The notes beneath the pieces were generated by a model that saw nothing but the letters and a program-made list of their open reading frames with translations, had not been told where the DNA came from and searched no databases. Below, one piece after another: positions 1-12,371 of a stretch of DNA of 64,000 nucleotides; positions within the stretch are counted from its first letter, which is position 1, and each line of letters begins with the position of its first letter. The stretch is from positions 26,848,001-26,912,000 of the forward strand of contig CM097885.1 of the NCBI GenBank assembly GCA_044892525.1, written 5' to 3'. Source of the stretch: Schmidtea polychroa (Eukaryota). The position numbers and the translations under genes are program-made.

Positions 1-2
1 AA

Positions 3-1084
3 CAAGCTATTAGTTCAATAGAAATTAATAGAGATATGAAACCATACATTATTGACAACACAGAACCTAATAAAAATTTGACTGTACAAACAATTAAACT
101 AACTTTTTCTATTGAGAATGGATTTCAATTTATCACAATTAATAAAAAAAAATTTCTATTGTATGATAATAATTGTGAACCATATATTCGTTCTAAAAAT
201 AGTTTTGAAGACCAACGTATAAATATAAAATACACAAAAGATTTGGATGAATTAATTAAAGCAGGGGTTTCAAACTCGGTTTATACAGAGGGCCACATTT
301 ACTATAATTGCACATCATGTGGGCCGCATAATATATTTTTCTGATACACATATTTCTGATATATATATATATATATATTTCGTATCCTGTTTTTCTGTAC
401 CACCGGACACTCTTTGTTTACTTTTCTTTGCTTTAAAAACATGATTATATGCTAAAGAATTATAATAATTATCCATGTGTAAAACATGATATTTGTTTGC
501 ATAATGTTTTAACATTCTAGTTATCATGTTATTCAATGTTTCTTTTTCTCCACAAATTTGAAAATCAAGCAAATAGGATGATTCAGAATCGCACAAAGAA
601 TAAAATTTTAAGACAAATTTGTTTGGTTTATCTCTACAATACACGCTATTTGGAGTTCTTCCTTTAAATTTTATTTTTAAGTTTTGTTTTGTTTTTTTGT
701 ACTGATATATCAAGTGGGCCGCAAGTTTGACATATCTGAATTAAAGGATATTCTTCAGATGATAAAAATAAAATTAAAATATATTTAGATTTAATAAAAA
801 TGGTGGGAGGTAGATCAAATGCAAAACATATACAGACTTTAAAGAATTATATAAATCAAAATGAAATGGGCTATATTGTTAAAGAAGGAAAAGGAACTTT
901 TATTACTAAAACAAGTTTTACTAATAAAAGAAATTTTATTAATCTTTTTATTCAACTAAGAAAATTATTAGCAGCAAAGAAAGCAGGTCATTATAATTTG
1001 AATGGTGATATTTTAAACATGCCTAAAAAATTATTAAAACATGGAATAATTTCACAAGATAAATTTAATAAATATACTCGTTAA
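3..1084 (+). pseudogene. Polinton uncharacterised gene split by the 262-738 insertion (ORFs 36..344 and 800..1084 are one gene)
   Basis: Removing 262-746 (insert plus one TSD copy) joins ...DELIK-G-YSSDDKNKIKIYLDLIK-MVGGRS... in frame; frame is open from base 3; C-terminal LRKLLAAKKAGH...LLKHGII resembles a motif common in Polinton ORFs. Confidence 0.7.
262..738. mobile_element. Non-autonomous element with hAT-type ends carrying a piggyBac transposase fragment
   Basis: Ends CAGGGGTTTCAAACT / AGTTTGACATATCTG; exact 8-bp TSD AATTAAAG (254-261, 739-746); internal - strand peptide KFKGR..DKPNKF..KFYSLCD..YLLDF..MDNYYNS is piggyBac-like. Confidence 0.8.
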
Positions 1085-1127
1085 TAAATGATTATATTTA
1101 ATAATATACACTTTAAGTTTTGAAGTT

Positions 1128-1604
1128 ATGAGAGTAAAAGAATTCAAATCTGAAAAACTTCATTTAGAAGATTTATTAAAACATAAAAAAATTAAAAGTA
1201 GATGGAATAGAGCCGATACTTGTTTAAAGATTGCTGGTTCTTCTTTGGGATTTGCAACAACAATATTAACAATTATATTATCTGCAACTTTACCAGTTTT
1301 AACACTTGTACCAATAATTCTTGGGAGTATTTCAGCTGGAGATTTATTCTTGACTGAAGTTGTTTCTGTATCATGCACTGCAAAAAAGAAAAGTTTATAT
1401 CGTGAAGTATGTTCAACAATAGATATTGGAATTGCAAAATTATTTTTATTTCAATTAAAAGCCTTGGAAGATGATGAAATTTTAAAATTCAATAAAATAA
1501 TTGAAGAGATAAAAGATGAAATTATCAAATTAAAAAATGCAAATCAAATATCCCGAGGATATTCAAAAAAAGATAATCGAGAGAAATGGTTAAAAAATAA
1601 TTAA
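1128..1604 (+). CDS. Polinton-associated 158-aa protein with a central hydrophobic hairpin
   Basis: Intact ORF; hydrophobic stretch IAGSSLGFATTILTIILSATLPVLTLVPIILGSI; abuts the pPolB 3' end. Confidence 0.5.
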   Translation: MRVKEFKSEKLHLEDLLKHKKIKSRWNRADTCLKIAGSSLGFATTILTIILSATLPVLTLVPIILGSISAGDLFLTEVVSVSCTAKKKSLYREVCSTIDIGIAKLFLFQLKALEDDEILKFNKIIEEIKDEIIKLKNANQISRGYSKKDNREKWLKNN

Positions 1605-1626
1605 AACTTTTATATTTTATATATAT

Positions 1627-4600
1627 CTAATAATATCTAATTTTAATTTTACTCATTTCAACATCTGTTATATTAACCCTATATTTCCTATTATATTTTT
1701 TTAATTTTTTAATGTGTGGAATTATATCACTTCCAAATGGAATTGTATGAATTCCATCAGATAAAACATACCTTTTATCATCATAATTATCCAGCGAGGT
1801 TTTTAAAGATTCCTGTAGAAAGATGTCATGTTTAATAGATTTAATTTGATGAACTCTTACTATTTGTTTCTCAGAATTTGGTTTTAAGACATCAACATAA
1901 TCTTGATGTTTAATTGGTTTGGTTACACATTTTTGAATTCCTTTATTTTTATTTTCTTGTATCATTGGAACATTTGAGTTACTTGCCTCCATTAAAAGAG
2001 AATATTGTTTTGGACGAATAAATATTCCTTCAGATATTGGATTCTTTGGTTTCTCATCTTTAAAAGTAAATAATGCCACACTTGAATTTATTAATTTATT
2101 CAAGTTTTCATTTTCAGATATTTCCTCGTATATATCACGAGTATAAATTCTTAAAAACATACTATCTGTATCCATTGCATGCATTGATATTCTATCTTGG
2201 AAATGTGGTTGTAATACATCATAATATGTTTCATACATTTGCAGTTTCGATAATTCTAAAATACTATATCCAATAAACATTGGCTTGTTGTATATTTTTT
2301 CATAATTTCCTATTTCAATTGCAACTAATTCTCTTGAAAATATTTCTGCATTTTTAAATGTTGGTTTTGATGTCATTCTATTATATTTTGCAAAATCTTT
2401 TTGACTGTTTGTTAATAATTGAATCTTTGTATACTTGTCAATATTTTCCATTGTTTTTCCAAATACAGAATTATTTAATAATTTATACATGGTGTCTTCA
2501 AATGCATCACCTGCTTGTTTAGATACATTTCTAATTTTGATATTATTCTCGATATATTTTTTCATGAATGATTTTTGTACAAATTTTATAATATTATGAA
2601 CCCGTCTAATCTCCATTCCATGTCTAACATAGAATTGTAACATTCTATAATGTATGAGATAAATCTTTTTATTTGTTTGATCACATATTAATTTTGTAGT
2701 GGTATGTTCATTTCTCTCGTTCTGCCATGGGGATAATTCATCTTCACTTATTTTTCTTTTTATTGGGGCAAATGGAAAATATTTTGTTTTGAATTTTATA
2801 CTGTTTGGATATTTTAAATCAACTTCTAGAAAATATCCAATATCTGAATCCCTGGGAGTATTTAATATATTGTTTATTAATTCATTGGTTACTTCTTGCC
2901 ATTCAAATGAGGAAATTGGTAAATATTGTGTCATAATTCCCGAATACAAAGCAGTTGCATCAATATATAATATTTCACATGGATTATTTATACATTCCAT
3001 TATCATTTCATATTCTTGTTCTGTTTTTATTTCAACATATGGTTCATCTGTATCTTTGAACAAAGTTCTATAAAGATATATATAATTCAATGCAATTATA
3101 TGTCTTTCACCCATTATGGAACTAATTCCACCACGAATATTATTTTTTATCATGTTGAACATGTTGACATCTGATAATAATTCTATGGATTTACTTGTTT
3201 CATTTGTTTCCACTTCAGAAATCATACCATATAATAATATATCCCAAGCTAATGATGGTAGGGTTATATTATAAGAAACCCAATTATAAGGTTTCAATGG
3301 AAATGTTTTTATAAACTTTTCAAAAACAATCTGCGAGAATATAAACATCTAGACTTAGATATACATCTGTATAATCACCCATGGTTTGACAATTAAATAA
3401 TTCCCACATTTTTCTAGCCCGGGCATCTTCTTGTTTAGTTGTAGTTGTTTGGTTTAATATTGAATAAAAATTTTCATCTGGGGGTAATTCTGTTTCTTGA
3501 TATCTATCAAATGAATCCATTTTTTGATAAACATGTTTTATATTGTTGTGTTGGAATATCATGTTTTATCAAAACATTTTCTGTTGTATATTTAAAATCA
3601 TTTATTAAAGGGGTTGGAACAACTCCTTCAATAAAATCAACTTGTTCAACTTGTTCAAATTTCAATGTTTTTGCTATTGAGTCTAAACTTGTTCCAAAGA
3701 AATTTAATGAATCTATGAATTTTAAACATCCATATTCTACACATTTATATTTTTCTTTTGTTAAACCAATAACTTTAAAACTATTCTTTGCGTTAATTGC
3801 TAAATGTTTTATGAACAAATGTATATCATATCCAAATAGATTATGAAATATAACTGGTATAAATTTTGGTTTTTTACAATTTAAATTACAATTATTATGA
3901 ACCGCCCCTCGGTAATTATTTATTTCTTTTAAATGATCATGATCTATAACTTTTGGATTATTAACATTTTCACCCAAATCTTGATTCTCTCCCAAATCTT
4001 GTTTACACATCCAACAAATTGTAGAATTTTCATATTCTATAAATTGTTCTGGTGAAATATTTATTGGAAAATCAGTTTTTAATTTTTTATACAAGAATGA
4101 TTCCAAGGAATTTATACTTGCAACAAAATGATCTAGAGTATCCCATGGAGAAGTTCCTCGATATGCTATTTCATATGATTCAATTATTTCTGGATAATTA
4201 CTTTTGATGAATAAATTATATGCTGATGGAAGTTGTTTAGTTAATTTTACCGTAAAAGATTTTTTGTTTAGTTTAAGAAAGTTTTTCATTTTTTCTATTT
4301 GGTTTGGTTGAGAATTTGTTTGTGTTCTTGTTCCTAAATCATATTCATGCCAAGATTCTAATTATTTATTTTTTTTTATAATATTTATGTATTTTTGTTC
4401 TAAATTTTGTGGTATATTAATTGCTTCAAAATCTCCATAAATTGTAACAAGAGATTCTAATAAATTTGAATAATTTTTAAATTTCATTTCAAGATTCTCT
4501 GGCATTTTAATTAATGTCGGTTCATTATATCGACATAATGTTTCATGTTTTATTCTGACAGCATCAGAAGTTGAATAATAAGTACATATTTCACAAGTAT

Positions 4601-5783
4601 ATCCTTGTACTCGATGAGAGGATGATGATCAAGATCTCATAAAGCTTTGAAATTTTTTATCCAAACATAATGAGAAATTAAATCATTTGTATCAGATGAA
4701 ATCTTTTCTAATATTAATAAACTTATTGTATCAAAAGTTACGGTTGAAGAATTCACATCTTGATATGAAATATAAATTGGTATAACCTCGGCACCATCTA
4801 ATTCATAAATATTAGTTCTAAGTTGATTCAATCTTTCAAATTTTGACATGTGTTCTATTTTCATTGGGTGCTCAAAACCATCCCAGAATAAAATTTGATA
4901 TTCATATTGTCGATATTTAGATACTCGATAAGAATGTTGTTCTCGAGGATGTAAAGCTGATAGTATTGCCCATAGGAAACATTTATTATCTTTATTTTGA
5001 ACATTTATTATGTGTTTAGAAATAAAAGGTGTTGGAATATATGGTTTGGGAACTGCGGGATTTCCTTTCCAATTTTTTATTTGAATATTTTCAAAGGAAT
5101 GGAAAATTAAATTTGATTCTCCTAATTCCTGTTCAGATTGTTCTTGGGATTCTTGCAACTCTCGAATAACTTCTTTGATTGCTTTTTTAAATCCTTTCAT
5201 TGAATATAAATATTTATAATCAATTTGAATTCTAAATTTTAAAAAATTTTCGGATTTGTCTGTGGATTGGTCAATCTGTCGACAATATTTTGCGTTTATT
5301 CCTATTTTATATTTTATAATATTAAACCTTGCACCTTTGAAACTTTTTATAGCTTTTTCCATTGATTCTTTTGTTTCATCTGAATTTTTTTTTATTATAT
5401 GAAGAAATTGTGGATGCTCCAATTTCTTCACTACCAAATTCATCAACATGATTAAATTCATCCCAACCTTCATCTTCATCTTCACATTCTTTAGAGTGTT
5501 CCTTTAAATCAAATTTACTTTTGAAGACTTCATGATACTTGAGACATGAAAATGATTCTCTTATTTTTTTTATTCCAATACAATTTCTAAAATGTTTTTC
5601 AAACCCTAAAAATAAATATCTTTCTTTACACTTGGTACAAATTTTAGAGTTGTTATCATCTAATAAACTTGATTTCCTTAAATGATCTTTTGATTTTTTA
5701 TGTGAAATTAATCCTGTTTTTGATTTGAAACTCCTATTACATGAATCACAAAATAATCTTGGGAAGTTTTCTGAAGTAGCCAT
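1627..5783 (-). pseudogene. Protein-primed family B DNA polymerase (pPolB, endonuclease VII-domain type), broken by several frameshifts
   Basis: Successive ORF pieces carry an N-terminal C2H2 finger, NKDNKCFLWAIL, IYGDFEAI, CWMC..DHDH..GAVHNNCN, FHNLFGYD, YIDATALY, KLLNNSVFGK and MDTDS motifs. Confidence 0.9.
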
Positions 5784-6099
5784 TTTTATTTTTAGAAAAT
5801 TTTTTTAGTGGTTTATTTTTATAATATAAAATTTGACAACTTCATATTTTACATTGTTGGGTATTAGTAAATTTACTAATTCCCATAATTATTGAAATTT
5901 TCAAGAGGTAATATATATATTATATAATCATATTTATTATATAATCATTGCATGTGTATCATATATATGAACAAAAACCTTATATTTTTTTTATTCTTGG
6001 GTACCCAACATTATTAAAATTATTTTTATTTTAAAATTATTAAATCATTGTATACATGTATATTTAAATTATTATTATTTTAATATACATAGATTTGTA

Positions 6100-6850
6100 G
6101 TAGTGTCTAAAATGGGATTCTTGAATTCTTTGTTTTTGTTGTCGTGGTTGGTTGATTTTTTGAATGGTTCCATAGCCGCAATCTCTTCATTTCTGTATTA
6201 ATATCTTTATTAATATAATGATCTCCTTATTCTCCTTTACATTAGAAATATTTCTCATATTGATTTCTCTTTTTATATCTTTATTGTCTATTGTAATTTG
6301 CAATAAAAAGGCAGTTAATTTCTCTTTCAATAAATCGTGTCTTAAGACATTTTCTTACAATCGATCAATGGTCCTAAAATGTCTTGAATTGATTCATTAC
6401 TTTTTTTGTAACGGATAGATTCATTCAAATCTTTTCTAAATTTGAAGGTTCTTCGCATGCTTTTCTGAATTTTTTTTATAACTGTCATTTTCTTCATTGA
6501 CTCCATATAATTTTGCCGCTTTAGTTGACATGAATGCTCTTATGAACGTTTTTGTAATTGAATTTGAGTTAAATCATAAAATCTTCTTATTTCTTCTAAG
6601 AAAATTTTCAGTCTGTGTTCAATGCGGCGTTGGAATAAAAGCATTTAATGGGCTATCTACCGCGAGTTCTGGCGTGGTCGCCATGTTAGAGTACTTTGGA
6701 GACACATAATTTATTAATATCAGAAACTGATTATCCTTTCGGGGAAAGTAATTATAATATAAGTATCGTGAGCAATATGCACCTAGGCATCAATAATACA
6801 AAAACACCTTTGATCAGACATACAAATTCAACATGCAATAATATTATTTC
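6100..6850 (-). mobile_element. Probable LTR-retrotransposon 5' fragment (LTR end, primer-binding site, decayed gag-like region)
   Basis: On the - strand ...TAACA is followed directly by TGGCGACCACGCCAG (6683-6669), a tRNA-3'-complementary PBS pattern; related sequence TTCCCCGAAAGGA-AATCAG recurs near 31035. Confidence 0.4.
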
Positions 6851-7835
6851 AAATAGGTATTATTTATAGTTATCCCACAGTATTATAGGACACTAAATCA
6901 AAAGTCTTCTTTTGTTAAATAATTATCTTTTAAAATTTAATAAAAATTAGTTTTTCTCGCAATTCTCGAGAACGAACCTTGGCTTAATTTAGTCATTATT
7001 AATTATTAAATGATTTAAAATACAAATTCAAAATAAAATTTTATAGGTTGTTTTTTTCTGATAGCATGACCTTGAATTTTATTGATGTTAATTCATCACA
7101 AACGTTAATTTTTTAATTTTATTATGACAAAGGATAACGAAATAATACGTATTAAATAATTATGTTAAAATAAAAACCATGAACATTAAAGCTTCTTTTC
7201 AAATATTGCTATAGTAGAGCTTATCTATACATAAAAAATTATAACTTTTATACACAAATTATGCCATACAACTTGATTTTCCAGAATTATTTTTCCATGA
7301 GTTTTTCCAAATATCTTAGTTGTGTTAATACAGTTTTTACCATTTTTATTGCCATGAGTTATCACTTATGTTTAAGTATGACGTTATAATTGTAATTTGG
7401 CAGTGTTAATTTCCTGCAGCGTGAAGCAAAATCATTTTTTTCTCAATGGAATAATAACTCTTGCTTGTATAAATTAAAAAAAATATTAATAAACAAACAA
7501 TTAGCCTTATTAAATTTCAAGATCACACTAATAGATGAAATTCCTAATAAAAATATCAGAAAACCTTAAGAAAGTATTTCCCAAGTCCTGCTGATCATGA
7601 TGACATTATTTGACATCATTCACTCATTCAAAATATTATCAACTGCTACATAAAAAGTTGAAACATTTTGTAAAAAACAATTAATAATATATGGAAATTC
7701 GTAAAAAGCTATTATTGTAGATCGCCTGATTTCTTATTAGATTGTGTTGTATTTGTTGATATTTTATAATATTTTATAATATTTTATCTCAATTGAATTT
7801 TCTACAATGGTTAACTGAAAATGTTTTTTCACTAG

Positions 7836-8104
7836 GTGATACCGGGAATTGGGAAAATGCATTTGCTGACTCATCCACAAATCCAGGAGACTATGCTATG
7901 GCCTTTTATGCTGGCCTTTTTGCTTATAACGGATGGAATTATCTGAATTGCTTGATAGAGGAAATGAAAAATCCTCGGAGAGACTTGCCATTGTCTATAT
8001 TGATATCTATGATTCTCATTATATTCATTTATGTATTGACAAATATGGCTTATTTTACAATTTTGATTCCTTCGGAGATTCTCAATACCAAAGCCGTTGC
8101 TGTA
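7836..8104 (+). CDS. SLC7 (LAT/y+LAT-type) amino acid transporter light chain, internal exon; upstream exons appear to lie outside the window
   Basis: AG/GT bounded; encodes AMAFYAGLFAYNGWNYLN..EEMKNPRRDLPLSI, the SLC7 TM6-7 signature. Confidence 0.92.
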
Positions 8105-8281
8105 GTAAGACATTGTTATGATACTATTTAGTAGCTACTATATAAGTTGATTAAAAATATGCTTGTTGCTATGATTCTCTCAATTTATCGGAAATTTTGC
8201 ATAAAAACATCTTGCCCGAAATATACTAAACATTCTGTATATACTCACTCCGAAATCGACTAATATTAGTAACATTTTCCA

Positions 8282-8790
8282 CAGGGCCGGGTCTTCTTTA
8301 TTGCAAAATCGGCATTTGCCAAAGAGTTGCGGGCACTCGCTTTGCGCTCAATATTCGAAAGAAATTGTTACAAAATAATTTTTTTAAAGTTAATTTTATT
8401 TTATGGATTTTTATTTTTTGCTTTCTAAAATTTTTTTTTAATATTAAATTCATTACAAAATTAATGTATGCATTTCTTTTCATTTTATGATATATGTATA
8501 CTCATATCTTGTTGAAACTATATAAATAAGAACACGAGAAAAGTAGGTTAGAATTTTTATTAACTGTTAAAAGATTTACTAGGAAAAACAGCATTTTAAA
8601 ATCCTAATTTGTAAAAAAATTATATGTCCATTACTTTTATTTTGAATCGCAAATACAACAGTTTGTACATGGCGTCTTAATCTGTTAGATATGCAAATCA
8701 AATTCACTGGTATTTTTATATATGAAATTATAAACAGTACAAAAAGGGCGCTTCATTACTTCTATGCCAAGGGCATTAAGTGACATCATA
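8282..8790. mobile_element. hAT-type MITE fragment, same family as 45574-45898 in the opposite orientation
   Basis: Starts CAGGGCCGG; reverse complement aligns with 45600-45898. Confidence 0.55.
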
Positions 8791-8984
8791 ATTAACTAAG
8801 ACATTTTATTAGAGGATTTATTTAACAAAACATGGTTTTATCACAAATTACCTTCTTATATTGTTTATTTTTTGTTATCGCAATTATCGCTATATATATC
8901 CATTGACTTTTATTCTCCAACACCAAGTTTATTTTATCATCAGCGTTTATCAATGTAACTTTTGATTTCTTGAAATTAATAATA

Positions 8985-9137
<153 letters not shown>

Positions 9138-9968
9138 AAACTTCTTAAAGCACCGTGTCTAACACAATGTGTCATTCGATGGTACTTGAATAAATCTGAA
9201 TTAATGCATAAGTAATGGTAAGTAAATTCAATTTCCGTACGGAAACGTACTAAAGTACGGAAACTGAATTTTTAATTTTTTATAAATGTGTTTATTTAAT
9301 AATAATTTAAAAAATCGAATTTTTTTCTGACCTTTTTTATGATATAGGGCATTTCTTTTCTAAAAACTTGAACATCAATATTATTGCACGAAATATTTTT
9401 GGCAGGAGTTTTATGCTCAAGTGGTGCTTATGTTTCTTCATTAGATTTTGTTGCTAATTTCGTTATCATTCGTTGCGTTTCTCCCTTGGTCAAGTTGTTA
9501 TTGTAGTTCTTAGTAATTACCCATTAATAATTTTAGCTCACATCGAAACTTCCTGGTTCGTTTATTTATGAAATAAAAAATATTTCCCAGTTTACTAATC
9601 AATTGAAACACTTCTTTAATTAAATATGAAGTGATGATAAGAAACTTTTCGTTAGCTTCAGTTTTTTAAATTGATAATATCTAGAGCTAACCCAATGATT
9701 TCATACTTACCAAGGGACGTATTCATACATATTGTATTTTTAATTTCAAAATATTACGAATTTCATATTACTTGGTTTAAATTGAGTAGCACCTTATATG
9801 TAATTTTGTAAGTATTTATGATAAGTTTTGATATGGCATGAAGTAATTAAAAATTTTTTTATTTTCAATGATATATTTAACTTATACCTAAATATTCCAA
9901 TCAACTCTGTTAGTTCTAGTGTTAAAATTTAATTCAAATTGAAATGTATAGTTATTGTTTCAATTCAG

Positions 9969-10169
9969 ACTGTTGCTATTCGTCTTTATGGAGTTATGTG
10001 GTGGATTATGCCAATCTTTGTGGCAATGTCGACTTTTGGAGGGGTAAATGGCAATTTACTTGCTACATCTCGCATATTCTTTGTAGCTGCTCAAGAAAAT
10101 CAAATGCCAATGATATTAGAAACTATCAATATCAAATATTATACACCAGTTCCATCAGTCTTGTTTGTG
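9969..10169 (+). CDS. SLC7 transporter exon
   Basis: CAG/GT bounded, phase 0; WIMPIFVAMSTFGGVNG..TSRIFFVAAQENQMP..YTPVPSV. Confidence 0.92.
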
Positions 10170-11008
10170 GTATGAAACTATTGTTGTTTATTTAGTTCTT
10201 TTACAATTCTTGATACTATGGTTTTTATTTTCATTAGAAAATATCCCGGGGAATTTTGAAATTGAGCTAAAATCCATGGACTCCAGATTTGACGAAGTCC
10301 TAAGTCGTAATGCAGCGTATTTATTGTTTAGCGGGCGTTCCAAAGAATATTTTATAAAAAATAAATATGGGACTGACATAAGGAACGATAGATTGATTGG
10401 TTTCTTAATAGTATCTATAGAAAAGGACTTAACAAGATCGCAGAAATTAAAACGTTATTGTTAATTGCACTCTTATAGACAGAAAAAAATTTAATTAACC
10501 TCTTGGGCTGGCAATTAATCAATTGGCACATAGCGAACCCGTTCAAAGGATTCACCACTAGTTATATAAGTAAGTCGGGCGCTATACAATATACTTGAAA
10601 AAGATAGTGCAGAAAAACCGTGAGTATCAAAAAATATCGATATATTACTGATTTATAGTTTTCAAGCTCTCTATTTAATAAATTCAATGGAAAAAATAAT
10701 CAGTGGTGAAATTGGAAAAAAAGTGCTTATAATATATATATCTTGTTGATAAAAATGCCTACTTAGCAAAGTGATATGCATGAATTATCCATATTTAATA
10801 CAAATAGCAGTCAATGTGCATAACTTGCATACGATTATCCAGCGTAAATAGTGAACAATTAATTATAAAATTATTGTCTTATATTACAGGGATTTAATCC
10901 CGAATTTGACAATATAGTCTTTTATTGACAATATAAACTAATACTTTGACAATGTAAAATATTTAATGACAGAATAAATACAATTTTTGACAAAAAAATA
11001 TAACCTAT

Positions 11009-11723
11009 TTAATCAACTATAACTTCTCCATTAATACATCTTGGTATATAAATCCACATATTTCTTAAATATTCAGCACAATCGTTTGCAGTCACAAGAG
11101 TACTTCCATTAGCAATATCATCCATTAACTCTGTTTCATTCTGTGAATTGGCCCTTTTTGTTATCTCCTTCCACTTGCTAAACATATCCTCAGTAGGGTT
11201 GAGAAAAGCCGAGTACGGTGGTAAATACATTAGTTCTGTTGACTCATCAATGATAATGTTGACAACTTCTGGAGTTCTGTGGAACTTTACATTATCCATA
11301 ATAAAACATGGTCGAAAAATTTCCTTATCAATTAAAATCTGCTTAAGCTCATTAATTTATTCAATTAATAACTCCTTATTAATTGCGCGATTATGATACT
11401 TTAGAAAATTAAACCACGTTTATTCATTGCGCAAATTATCGATATATTACGCGATCGAATGTTCAGTACGTTTTGAGTAGCGGGGTGTCTACGCGTGAAC
11501 AGCCCAGTGTTATCCGCATTGAAACATTAAATCCCTCCTCATCAATAAATATGGGTTCTTCCTCAGAATATAAACTTAAATCGGAACTAAAATTAAGTGC
11601 GTAGTTGCTTCTTGCGGAAATTACATCAGTTGAATTTTGTCTTTCGGGAATTAAGTGAAGTCTTTTCAATGAATAGTGAAAGGAAGTTAATAAATTGTGA
11701 ACATAAGTATTGGAAACCAGCAC
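11009..11723 (-). pseudogene. IS630/Tc1-mariner (DDE_3-type) transposase remnant
   Basis: IFIDEEGFN, MDNVKFH and YLPPYSAFLNPTEDMFSKWK motifs in frameshifted pieces. Confidence 0.8.
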
Positions 11724-12274
11724 ACCATATTCATTAAATACCTCTCAAATCTTCAGATGATTGATCTGGACTGTATGATAAACGACTGGCATGACATCTT
11801 CAAACATTCATTGATAAAACAATGCAAAAGAAATAATTATCTTTCATCTTTTTCTTCCTTTTATATTTGTTAACAATAATATTGAAAAAAAGTCTAAATA
11901 TCCATTTTTCACGGAAAGGGTTAAATGTTTTAAGAAATTTACTTATTTTTATACATCTAGTTTAATTAATTTCAAATTACTAAAAACGTATTCTAAGTAG
12001 TGTACCCCATAGGTCTGGCGCTAAAACCTTCTCTCAAACTTCAAATGTTACTTGAAATTACAGATTGAAAATATAAGACTGAAAACAATCGTATTAAAAT
12101 TCATTATTTTATTTTTTGTTTACTAGTTCTAAATTATAAATATTATATTTTTAATATTCGGAAACTTATTAAGACTCAATTATCAGTTTCCACCAAATAT
12201 GAAGGAAAATATTATTTAATTTATGATAATATTGCCGTTACAACCATCATTTTTGGATATTTCTATTGTTTATA

Positions 12275-12325
12275 AGTAGGTAGTTATGTGCACTCTAGAT
12301 CCATGTGCACTCTAGATCCAGATAC

Positions 12326-12371
<46 letters not shown>

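Larger units (their letters stand above)
1..6090. mobile_element. Decayed Polinton/Maverick remnant (second family), cut off by the window start; right boundary approximate
   Basis: Frameshifted pPolB on the - strand (1627-5783) converging on two + strand Polinton-type ORFs; no terminal repeat found in the window. Confidence 0.8.

Noticed and set aside
2073..3846. + strand ORFs over the decayed pPolB, and similar antisense ORFs at 16007, 18129, 19359, 19912, 22580, 23466 and 25617
   Set aside because: Antisense to recognisable genes, with no motifs of their own
6097..6104. GTAGTAGT as a terminus of the left Polinton
   Set aside because: Wrong orientation for a right end (expected ...ACT), no TSD or partner repeat visible, and it adjoins the LTR-like fragment
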